64,000 nt of DNA. It comes from Guillardia theta CCMP2712. Taxonomy: Eukaryota; Protista; Cryptophyta. Of this stretch, positions 26,400 to 36,945 are shown one piece after another. The translations under genes were made by a program, and so were the position numbers. The DNA is taken from NCBI RefSeq assembly GCF_000315625.1, contig NW_005434550.1, positions 62,001 to 126,000 on the forward strand, read 5' to 3'. Numbering within the stretch: position 1 is the first letter of the stretch; each line of letters begins with the position of its first letter. The notes under the pieces are model-generated. The model saw only the letters and a list, made by a program, of their open reading frames with translations, did no database searches and was not told the origin of the DNA.

Positions 26400-27632
26400 A
26401 TGTTCAAGCGTGAAGAATCGGACTTGCAAGATCTCTTGCTTCAGGGACACATGTTTCCTTTGCCTTGCTCCAATCTGGACTCTCCCAGCGATTCCTTGCT
26501 TGGGCTGTCAAGCAACCTCAACACTCCGAGGTTTGCAAATGGCAATGACATTTGCAATCCCGTGATGGATCCATGCCTTGATGAATCGTCCGTCTTGGTC
26601 GAAACTCTCAATGTCATCACCTCCTGTTGGATCTCAGATTGGTCCGAGGCTGTATCGTTGAAGCGCCCCCTGTCACCAGCCGAGGGCGTTCACCAGCCAG
26701 GGTGGGACGTGGAGTCCTTGGACTGCATGTTGGCATCGGATGAGATGGAACGCGAGTCAAAGCGCATCAAGCTTGACTGGGCTACTGGTGATCAAGGTGA
26801 TGCCCAAGTAACGGAGATCAAGATCGAGACGCCGCAAGGGTTCCTGCAGCTCGGATTCGAGTCTCCTAATGATGGCAACGCACTGCTTTCGTGGTCTTAC
26901 GCAGTTCAGAATCAGCTGACGAACCAGAAGAATGCTGATGAAGCGAAACCTGAAGTGAAGAACGAAGACACAGTCAAGGCGGAAGTTAAGGAGGAAATTC
27001 GTGAGCAACAGCCCCAACGTGCTGAACAGAGTGCGATTGTCTACAGCACTGAGAGCTCGTCGTGCTCTGACTCTGATGACAAGTCAGAAGAACGGTTCTC
27101 TCAACGAGCGCTAGAGACCAACCGCGGAAAGCACATTCGCTCAAACCCTGACATGCAGAAGACAGCCAGGGCTGGTCAGGTTCACTGGCACGAACAAGTA
27201 CGAAGGATGAGAGAGGAATACGAGGTGAACCGAACCATGGATGTCCATCCTTCGTTTGCGGAGCAGAAGAGCACTTGTTCCTTTCTCAATCTCAAGTGCC
27301 AGAAGGAGAGCCTCCTGTTGTTTCTTCACAGGGCGATGCAGAGAGAGATCATCACCCCTCTGCAGTTCGTGCATCCGGCTGATGAGAAGATGGGATTCCT
27401 TGGATGGACCGGCTTTTACATCAAGCCGGGCTGTGGCGCTCAGTTCCGCTCCGAGGTCGAAGCAATGTTCCCAGAAGTCCCCAAGGTCAACACCTTGTAC
27501 CATCTCTTCAGAAGGGTACGTCTTGTTCCTTGCGATTGGCGTAAGGCTTGGAAGGGAGAAGTTCCTTTCTCGTGGAATCCTGATATCAAGTGCATGGAGT
27601 ACGGAATCGGTGACATCGGATCTTGTGCTTGA
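26400..27632 (+). CDS. Intronless protein with acidic/disordered N-terminus and a divergent HSF-like C-terminal domain
   Basis: Uninterrupted ~410-aa ORF. C-terminal LLLFLHRAM..GWTGFYI..FRSEVEAMFP..VNTLYHLFRR parallels the HSF winged-helix pattern; the family call is tentative. Confidence 0.6.
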   Translation: MFKREESDLQDLLLQGHMFPLPCSNLDSPSDSLLGLSSNLNTPRFANGNDICNPVMDPCLDESSVLVETLNVITSCWISDWSEAVSLKRPLSPAEGVHQPGWDVESLDCMLASDEMERESKRIKLDWATGDQGDAQVTEIKIETPQGFLQLGFESPNDGNALLSWSYAVQNQLTNQKNADEAKPEVKNEDTVKAEVKEEIREQQPQRAEQSAIVYSTESSSCSDSDDKSEERFSQRALETNRGKHIRSNPDMQKTARAGQVHWHEQVRRMREEYEVNRTMDVHPSFAEQKSTCSFLNLKCQKESLLLFLHRAMQREIITPLQFVHPADEKMGFLGWTGFYIKPGCGAQFRSEVEAMFPEVPKVNTLYHLFRRVRLVPCDWRKAWKGEVPFSWNPDIKCMEYGIGDIGSCA

Positions 27633-27781
27633 AAATATCCAAACCAGAGATCGCAGGGAATTTTGTATAAGTAGTTTAATCCAAAATCAGTTGTACATCT
27701 CTCACAATGTTTGTAAATGCATCACCAGTAAAAACTGCTACATGGAACAACCGTATGTGACTGCCAGAAGAATGACACAGC

Positions 27782-29058
27782 TCATGCATCAGCAATGTGC
27801 TCGTCTGTGTATTGGAAAGCAGGTGGCTTGTTGTCGAAGCTGGAGTATCCGGGAACAGTTCCATACATGCTGCTGCTGCCTGGTCCCACGCTGTGCTCTG
27901 TGAAAGCAGATGTGAGATGAAAGCAATAGCATCACTCAGGCTCGCTCACCATCCGGCATCTGTTGGTATGGCATCTGACTTCCGTACTGAAATCCGTAAT
28001 CACCATTCTGAGCGATGGGAGGGCTGGAAGAGGCCAGGAGTTGCTGCGTCCCATAAGGAGCAGATTGCACCATGCCATAGGGCATCGTTGACTGTGTCAT
28101 GTACTGCGTCACTGCAGGCCTCGTCACATACTGCACCCGGCTCGGTGATTGCACGTATGACACTGAAGGAACCGAAGACGTCACTGCTTGCTGGCGGTGC
28201 TGTTGCATCAGCATTTTAACAAGAATACCATGCCACCCCTTACCGACTCTTGCTGGTAATACTCAGTAGTCCATCGGAGATCCACCTGCAAGACAAAACT
28301 GATTCACAATCTGATTACTTGAGCTGCATCCCGCTTGACCTCTTGTGGCGTAGTTTGCTTCACCCCCAAGAAGCGACCTTGGATAAGTTTTGGACGCTCG
28401 TACTCCAGCACCTACTCTTCTTTCACATCCAAGACTGTATGGTCCGCGACGGACCTGCTGAGATTCAACAATCTTCTGGCCCTCGACCACCTTGTTCACT
28501 GTTCTCTGCATTGTCTGGACAGTCTGCAGAATTGTCACTTGAATTTGCTTGCAAAAACATTTCGGCGTTACTCGGACGGGCTTCTGCGTCGTGACTTGTT
28601 GGGTGGTCATGACGGTTTCTGGAACCATCTTGATCCGAGTTTGGGGAACCTTGAGACCAGGAGTCAAGAGGCGCTTCTCTCAATGCGGACTTGTCACCAT
28701 GACAGTCTCCTTCACTTGCACCATTCTTTGACGCGGAACTTGAACTTGCTTCACCTGCCAGAGTCTTGTTGAGAAGCTGCAGAGGTGGATATTCCTCGTG
28801 GTAACGCACCTCAGGTACTGTAGCAGTTCCATGAACCTGGTACTGCTGGACCTCTGGGATGACAGATCTCACAGGAATCTACCGGACTTTTCATCACCCC
28901 CGCCGACAAGTGGAAGCAAGGCCATCTCTTACCACTCCTCGCTGAGGCACGATGTAGCGATCGATGATCGACCCGGTTGAGGTCTTGTAAGATCCTTCGA
29001 GCCTGACTGAGGGGGTGAGTGAAAGTGCACTGGACATGTAGCTGAAGTGAGGTGCCAT
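27782..29058 (-). CDS. Epiplastin/articulin-like membrane-skeleton protein
   Basis: V/P/T/Q-rich central repeats (VIPEVQQYQV, VQVPRQRMVQVKETV, VPQTRIKMVPETV, VLEYERPK) and a Y/Q/P/S-rich tail. Last exon ends YTDEHIADA*. Confidence 0.55.
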
Positions 29059-30030
29059 TGCAATCTTTGACCACAGCATCGTGAAGAAATGTATCTATCT
29101 CGGGGGACGAGGAATCAGGACGAGGAGGAAGTAGAAAGCAACAAGATGGGCAAAAGTAAAGTAGAAGGAGGTACACTGTTCTCAATGCGAGAGAAATTCA
29201 TCAGTATTGGATGTGTGAGAGGAAGGTGCTGTGAAGGAGCAACTGCAAAGTGAGGATGCTGTGAGAACGACCGCTGACGCGAGAAGTACGAAACAAGCAA
29301 GAAGAGCACTGCCGCCGACGAGGATCATGATGGTGACAAGGCGGTTGAGATGGAGGAGGAGGAGGATGGTTAGACCTGGCTCCTTCAGGGAGGTTGGGAG
29401 GAGCGGCTGCTGCGGAGGCGAGCGACATCATCTGAGCCATGAAGCCGAGGACCGTGAGAAGAGGCGAGATGGAGGAAGTCGGGGTTCCTGCTGTCCATAT
29501 GGTCCAGGGTGGGGGTGGTTGGTAGAACGATGGACTGTGGGGTAGGGTCCGTATCCTAGCATCATATTCACATCCGAGGTAGGGGTTGGTCGAAGGGATC
29601 CCTTGGATAACTATGAGGCCCATATGGACCCCCCTCAGGATTCTACCCCTCAGCCACCCGAAGGACCCTCAGCCTGCCACCCCCCCTAGCAGAGCTCCAT
29701 CGACGGTGGGTGTATCCGCTTGGGAATATACACCCGTTGGGGTACTGAAAATGATCTGAAACCGTCGAGAGGTCTGTTGGAGGACCACCGGTACTATTCC
29801 CAATCTTGGCTCCTTGACTCAAGGGTAGGGTTTCTCGGGCCCTACTATCCGATCGCAGGCAGGACCCCCGGCCATCATGCGGACTACCACTGCCAAGCTG
29901 CCTGACGGACAACGAAACCAGGGGGTATGGTACTGACTGAGATGGGGTAGGGTAGGCTCACGCATCCGATGACTGGTCATCAGGCCGCTGGGAACTCCAA
30001 GGCGAAAGGTCATTGTCCTGGTACTGAACT

Positions 30031-30200
30031 TTGACTTAACTTTGAGTAAAGACTCAAGTGAAGTTCCGGGGCCGACCCTGGTCGCCGCCGCCGAGCCCGG
30101 CCTGTGCCACCGTGGCTCAGAGCTCGGTCCGGCCCGGGCTGCCGGCGCCGGGCCGCCGGCCCAGTAACGGGCCCGGGCCGCCGGCGGAGGCCCGTGAGAG
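30031..30200. other. GC-rich GGCC/CCGG intergenic island C
   Basis: CTTTGACTTAACTTTGAGTAAAGA (reverse complement of the island A motif, 23/24 identical) is followed by a GGCC/CCGG-dense tract. Confidence 0.6.
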
Positions 30201-30262
30201 ACAGCGTGACTGCAGCTGAGAGAAAACAAGATGTGGGGGGATGTGGTCAATCTTTACGCGAC

Positions 30263-31030
30263 GATGGTGGCCGGGGTATTGAAGTGGATAATGGCGGGGA
30301 TGCTGCTAATGGCGATGACGCCATGTGCAGTGGGACTGGGCGAAAGTGTTCAACATTCACTGTGCTTGAGGGGCGGAAGTATTGCGCAGCTGGCAGGCCT
30401 GAAGGAAACCAAGAAAATGGTTGAGGAGGAGAAGATTGTGTTGGATCCAAAGGAGAAGAGGGAAATGCTGGCAAAAGTCCCCAAAATCGACCACAAAGAT
30501 GAGTATCAAAAGTTTAAATCGAAGGTCATCCTCCTTGATCCCATGGAGCTTCTGGTATCTGTCAAGGACAGGTTCTGTGGAGCATTCGTCAACGTAAGTT
30601 TTTCTTGAGCTTGCTGTGAGTAGCATCTACCTGACCTCTACGTGTTGCTTTTCAGTTGAGAGATTTTGTGCTTGACAACACAGGCAACCTGATATATAAG
30701 GCTCTTCCATTCACAATCGCTATCTTGCACCTGCCTTTCTTCAAGGGCGTTACAGAGGGCACTCCTGCATTCGAGTGAGGGGGAGCGGTGAAAAAGTCCC
30801 CGCAGGTATGAAATGAGATCTAACGAGATGGTATGAAGGGGTTGAGCGATTAAAGGAAAGGGTGCCAGAGATATGCTGATTTGAAACCTCCCTGCCTTGC
30901 CCTGTGCGGCATCCTGACTACCAGCGGCGGGGGAGGAAGGAAGCCGCCAGCTGAAGGGTTGATTAAAAGGCGAGATGGATGTCAATGGGTACTGTCTGAC
31001 GCAGACAAGTTGGAGGAAACCAGGATATAG
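30263..31030 (+). CDS. Hypothetical protein with signal peptide followed by an LCLRGG motif
   Basis: MVAGVLKWIMAGMLLMAMTPCAVG signal-like segment; LRGG at 30366-30377. 3' exons are uncertain. Confidence 0.5.
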
Positions 31031-32009
31031 GAAGTAAACATGCTATGGTGATGAGAGTGAGGAAGTTGAGGAGGCAGGAGTAGAGTTATGGAGGAAAGAT
31101 TGGATTCTTAGAAGGCGAAAGGAGTAGGGGGAGAGGAAAATCGACATGGTGAATTAGGGGACGATAGGAGATCGAGACAGAAATGGTTGAGTTTCAGGAG
31201 ACGAGATTACAGTGACGAGATCTTTATTACTCCTGTTGTAGCATGTCACTTGCTCCATCATCGAGAATCAACAGTCGGCTGATCTAAGCAGTTCGTGTGA
31301 GATTCAAAGTCTTCCGCCGTCTCGTCCAAATCCAAATGATTTCTTGCTGAGCGAGCGTGCAAGCCAGAAATTCATAACAAGTGTCATGTGTGGAACAAGC
31401 TATCATCACAATCTGATTGCTTTTGTTTCAGCTTGCTCTAATCTGATGGTAAATCCACTGCAGTCCACTGCAATCTTCTTTGACTTGAAGACAATGCTGC
31501 ACGTGTCGTACATCATCTGCTGTTCCAACTTCGATCTCTCAGCGCATCTTGCCTGTGTCTTCTTCTTGCAATCTTACTCTCTCGATTCCCCTCCCTCTCC
31601 TTCATCCCGTCCAAATCCAAGTGACTGAAAATTCCCTCCTCCGGACCTCCTGCAACCTCCCTAGACATCTCGCCATCCCTGCCCTCCTCAGCTCCCCATC
31701 CACGATCTGCCAGCTTCTGCCTCTGGTCTCCTCCTCGTCTCTCTCCTCTCTCACCCTCTCCTTCACCGCTTCTTTGCCCTCTCTTGCTCTCCGTCCTCCT
31801 TGCATGACTCCCTCCTTACCGCCCTCTTACGGTGATGTTACGCTTCCTCACTTCCTCTCCCTCTAACTCACAACCTGTCCGTCTGTAAGTCTGCCTGTTT
31901 GTTCACGTCTGTATCCAAACTCTTGCTGCTCTTCGCAAGTATACAGTTGTTCCCCTCTCTGCTTCCTTGGTTTCTGTTGCTGCCGTTAAAAGCATGGCTG
32001 TCGCTCTGC

Positions 32010-32589
32010 ATGCGTACGCGCGACGAGGAGCGTTGGAGCAGATCAGGTAAGAGGAGAGGAGGCAAGCAAGAAGAGCAGCCCACAAGTGTCGCAAGGTACA
32101 GTGTAGAGGAGCTGTCCGAAGACGTGAACGCGTTGGACATTCAGCACATGACGGCGATGTGAGCATGTCATGCCGTGTGCTAGTCTCACTCCATCGGTCC
32201 CAGGCACTATGCAGCTAAAAGAGGCTTCGCGCACATCGTCCACTACCTCCATGATAAGAGAGCCGACCTTGAGGTCCACTCCCTCGCCTCTCCTGCTCCC
32301 TGCTCCTTCTCCTTTCTTCTCCTTGCTCCTCCTCACTTCTCCTTGTTTCTTTTCCTCCCTTCTCTTCTCTCTTCTGGTTATCCTGCACTCTGTCACTTGT
32401 CATCCACCTTCTGCATATTCTTGTAAGTGAGTTGCAGATCAAGAACGGGGTAGGTCAAACGGCGCTCACTCTGGCCAGCCAAGCGAATCAACTGGAGGCT
32501 GTCGAGGCTTTGCTGAAGCGAGGAGCGAACGCTCAGGCACAGGAGGAGCATGGGATCACAGCATTACACAGGTCAGAGAGAGAGGAGAG

Positions 32590-32651
<62 letters not shown>

Positions 32652-33908
32652 GAGGTTGACCTGAAGGGCTGACAATCTCTCTAGAGCTTGTCTCACGGGC
32701 AATGAGCTCCTAGTTCGCACTCTCATCAAAGGCAAGGCTGATCCGCTGGCGATCGAAGGGTGGCAGCGCTAGTAGGAGGAGAGGACGTTGACTTTGGAGC
32801 CTAGGTTCGCCTTCGAGAGCGCCTTGCACTACGCGGCAAGGGAGGGACACGACGAGGTCAGTTTGTCCTCCTCCGCCCGCCCGCCTTGACGCAGCTGTCA
32901 AGATCCTGAGAGCCATCTTAGAGCACGTGAAGCAGCCGCATGACATCCCCGACCATCAAGCGATCGAGGAAGAAAGAGACATGCTGAAGCGAGAGCAGGG
33001 AGAGAGCGCGTATCGCTGCGGATTTAGAGCTCGGCGACTCGACGAGAGGAACTCGAGAGGAGAAACAGCGCTGTGAGAGAAGGGGAGGAGGAGGGAGACG
33101 TCTGAAGTTATGCTGCAGGCACCTGTCAGCTGCCAACGCTCACTTGCAGTGTGTCAAGGTGCTGCTTCAGATGGGCACGGAGAGCTGGAAGAGGTGGTTC
33201 CTGGAGGTGAAGGAGGGCAAGAACGAGGAGACCGCTCTCTTCCTGGCATGCAAGCACGAGCACAATGACGTGGCTCGTTTCCTGCTAGACGAGAAGGCTG
33301 ACCCCAACACCTCCAATGCGCAAGGACGCAGCCCCATGCATGTCGCGTCACAAGCAAGGAACCTGCCACTGCTCAACTACCTGCTGCGAGCAGGAGGAAA
33401 CTTCATGCAAGAGACCTTGGACGGGTCCGTTCCTCTCACTCACCTCCATCCCGACAGAAGCCTCCTCCTCAACGCCCTCAGACCCCTCGGCCCGACCCCC
33501 TCGCAGGAAGAGGAGAAGCGGAGCTCCGAAGATGTGCTCATGCTGGTGTCTGACGTGGGGGGAGGACGAGCGGCTGACGCGCAAGACTACATGACGAGGA
33601 GGAGAATCATGATCGCTGAGACGTTCAAGGCTCACGCGAAGTTGTCGCATGTTGACCCTCAACGTTTTCTCGCCGAGCAAGAGGAGGCTCGCCTGCGTCG
33701 CCTGCGGTCGAGGATGGAGCACAAGGCGATGAGCGAGCTAGAGACAAGGTTGCGGGCAGAGACTGCACAGAAGAAGATCGCGAGGTATTGGAAGGACTAC
33801 CAGAGGCGAAAGGATGAGATGCGGAAGGAGCTACAGAAGAAAAAGCGAAGAGAAGAGGCGGAGAGGGCGAGGAAAGAGAAATATTCCACCAGTCAAGTGA
33901 AGACTTGA
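32010..33908 (+). CDS. Ankyrin-repeat protein with a C-terminal IQ-like motif and coiled coil
   Basis: Ankyrin motifs LHYAAKRG, GQTALTLA, GITALHRAC, SALHYAAREGH, ETALFLACK, GRSPMHVA; IQ-like AQKKIARYWKDYQRRK. Confidence 0.85.
32591..32650 (+). repeat. (GGAGACA)n 7-bp intronic tandem repeat
   Basis: About 8.5 perfect copies. Confidence 0.9.
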
Positions 33909-33932
33909 AGAGTCTCTTTTCACTTCCTCCTG

Positions 33933-35906
33933 TCATCCACGCAACGAAACCCCCACGCTCATCAGGCCCAAAGCTTCTCCTGCTGTCTTCCTGCCTCCTG
34001 CCATCAGTTCCGGCGAGCAGCCTCAGAAGCAACGAACCTCTGCTGGGGTCTCACGTGCAGGAAGAGATTCAATGCCACGTCCCTCATCGACATGTCATGG
34101 CAGCGCGAGCGATCGAGCTGACGGTCCTGACCACCTCTCACCCTCTCTCACCTGCCTTCCGCCCCTCTCCTCCGCCAACCTGACAGACTTGTACAGACGG
34201 AAAGGAAGCAGCGCTCAAGAAGTAGACGATGCAGCCGAGGGACCACATGTCGGACGAGGAGGAAGACTCTTGACCGTTGAGAACTTCGGGCGCCATGAAC
34301 TTCCTGTTGCTCTCCAGCAGCTTCTCTTCTCTCCTCCTCCTCACCAGCTGTGCACGTCAGATCAATTCCGATCATGTCGAAAACGTTGATGAGCGACCTG
34401 AGCGTATCCAAAGCCTCCGATCTTGACTTGTCCTGCACATGTCAAGAGTATTTTTGATGGCTGCGAGGTGAAAGAGAAGGGGAGGCAGCAAGAACGAGGA
34501 CGACAGGACGCAGAAGAAGCAGGAGAGGAGGGGCAGGGGAGTACGAAGCAAACCATTGTAACGATGAGGAAGATGAAGAAGAGGGAGAGGAAGACGATTA
34601 CGATGGGGGAGAAAAGAGCAAGATCAGTTCTGAAGAAAGTCGCAGCGTTTGCCTGACCTTCAATCTTCCATGGACGATGCCGTTGGAATGGAGATGATTC
34701 AGCCCATGAAGGATCGCTGCCATGATTTTCCGGATGGCGGTTTCCTCCATGAGACGCTCCTCCTCTTGCCATGTCTTCTGTCGCTCATGCCACAGGTAGG
34801 CGATCAGACCTGGCAGTGAGACATGGACGTGACTGAGGGGGAACACAGGGATGTCTACAAACCTTGTAGAGATCCCGCGTCCATCAGTTCATCGACCACC
34901 ACGACCACCTGCTCTTGTCGCGAATAGCTGCCGCCGTAGCACCTGACCTGTCACGTGCCAACGTCACATGCCGCGAGAGGTCAAGACAGACCCACGAGGT
35001 TCGGGTGCCGCATCGTTCTCATCTCTTGCAGCACGTGTCTGAGTTTCTGTACCAACCAGTCAACCCCAACATCTCATGTCACTTTGTTGTTCAACCTTGT
35101 GGTCAACCCAGTATTCTTGCAGGTCCAACTCTCTGATCGCAACCGTCTTGGATTCCTTCCCCTTGAACCTCCCCACGTAGACCTGCCAGCCGTTCAGTTC
35201 TCGACAGACCCTCAGTCTCGTCAAGCACCTTTGAGTAGGTGCATTGCGGCATCAAGTACAGCTTCTCGTAGTCTAAGTTGCCTCCTAGCAAGCTTCTCTG
35301 CCTGCTGTCTTTGAGCACTTCCAGCTCTTCTTGCTCATGCTCGCCTGCCAACTCCCGCCAGGCCTCCAGCTCATGGGCGTCATGTGGGTGTCGCTTTTCC
35401 AGGTCTTTCTTTCTCCCGCTTTCTCGCTTCAGCACCTCCGTCGCCAGCGCAGCGTGCGTCAGCTGCGCAAGGTCCTGTGCTTCAGGTCCCCAGCTCGAGC
35501 TCTGCGCATCATGATGAGTGCGGGAATCTTCGAGCAAGCGCCATTTCGCCATGGAAGCAGAGCAGAGGCGGATAAAATCTTCTTCCATGTCTTCATCACC
35601 CCAATGATGCCCCTTCTGTCGCTCCCCTCTGACCTCTCCCAGGTCAAGGAGGATACGAGAATGGTCTCTTCCTGGTCGTGTAGGAAAGAGATCGTCGAAG
35701 AGCAGCTGATCCTCTAGCTCGTCTTCTTGTGACCAGCTCTTCACCTCCGCTTCTTGCGCCACTCCTTCGCTCAGCATCCTCTATCTTTGCTTGCTCGATC
35801 CTCACAGTTATCTTGTTGAGGTGTAGGTTGAGAACCTGTGCTGGAATCTCATCTTGTTGTATCCTCCTCTCTCTCTTCCTCTCTCTCTTCCTCTCTTCGC
35901 CTTCAT
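33933..35906 (-). CDS. Ser/Thr protein pseudokinase (CDK/CAMK-like fold)
   Basis: Spliced YEKLYLMPQCTYSKVY, VAIREL, MRHPNL, IVHGRLKPSKILL, VKIGGFGYA, FMAPEVL, DMWSLGCI, PQQRKTAGEAL. Confidence 0.75.
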
Positions 35907-36247
35907 TTTCGAAGCATCTTGCATATTTTCCCCTCTTGATTGTTATGGAGGGGTGAAAAGCCTATGATTACGGGGGTAGGGGTAGGCGACAAGGTACATC
36001 TCGGATACACTACCGTGAAGGGTGGTGGTGAGAAAGGCAGGGTAGGTATTGCCATGCTTATAGTATCAAGATGGAGGGTAGGGTGATATTAGAGAGGGGG
36101 TAGGGGTGATCGGAAGTATGAACGGGGACGAGGGTGAAAATGCGAAGAGTTGCCATCGGCATAAGAACAGGGGGAGGGGAGGGGGAGGGGGAGGAGGAGG
36201 AGAAGAAGAAGTTTGAAGAGGAGCAGGGAGACAGGAGGGTGATCAGA

Positions 36248-36755
36248 ATGGCGGGGAAGAGAGCAGCAGGATGGGAGGGGAGGAGCGGCATGCGAGTAGA
36301 AGGGTTGGTGGGGAGGTGCGGAGTCGCAGAGGGGCTGGAGCGGAAGTGGAGGAGTAGTTTCATGGGAGCGAGTGTGGAGCTGTGGAGGCAAGAGTGTGGA
36401 GGCGGATAAGTCCAAGTGATGGCTCTCATGCTGCTGTTCAGCTCGAGCATGGTGATTGATGCTCTTGACGCAGGTGAAGCTCGTGGGATGTTGACATCCA
36501 ACCTTGTGAGACCTTCTGGTTCACTCCATGTCAAACTTATCGCCATGCAGATGTCCATGCGCGAGCCGCGGATTGCGATCAACGGGGAGAATGCTGTGCT
36601 GCAGTACGTCAGGAGCCACCAGGGCAAGGAGCCATCCAAGACGAGGTGGACGAGGAGGCTGATGGAGGGATGGACGGGCTGACGGTTTGTTGCTGCAGGA
36701 ACCAAGTGTTTGTGATCCGATGTCACGAGTACGGATGTTTCGACAACGCTGGTTA
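36248..36755 (+). CDS. Small protein, possibly NTF2-like/CaMKII-association-domain fold
   Basis: MREPRIAINGENAVLQYVR..TRNQVFVIRCH resembles the NTF2/DUF4440 strand pattern. Exon structure is tentative. Confidence 0.35.
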
Positions 36756-36945
36756 ACCTGAGAACATCAGAGAAGCGAAGCTTTGGCTGCTTCACAAGCA
36801 TGAAGTGATAAATAACTTGTAGAGTAGGAGACAAGTCCATCAGATCTTTCGCCCTTCACTCCTTGCAAGCCGAAGGGAGGAAGAAGAGTGTTTGCTGTTT
36901 CAATGAAGACACGCGCATGTGTGGGTTGCTTGTTACTTGTACATG

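Noticed and set aside
31250-31805. Possible small minus-strand gene
   Set aside because: No consistent exon chain or recognisable product could be built.
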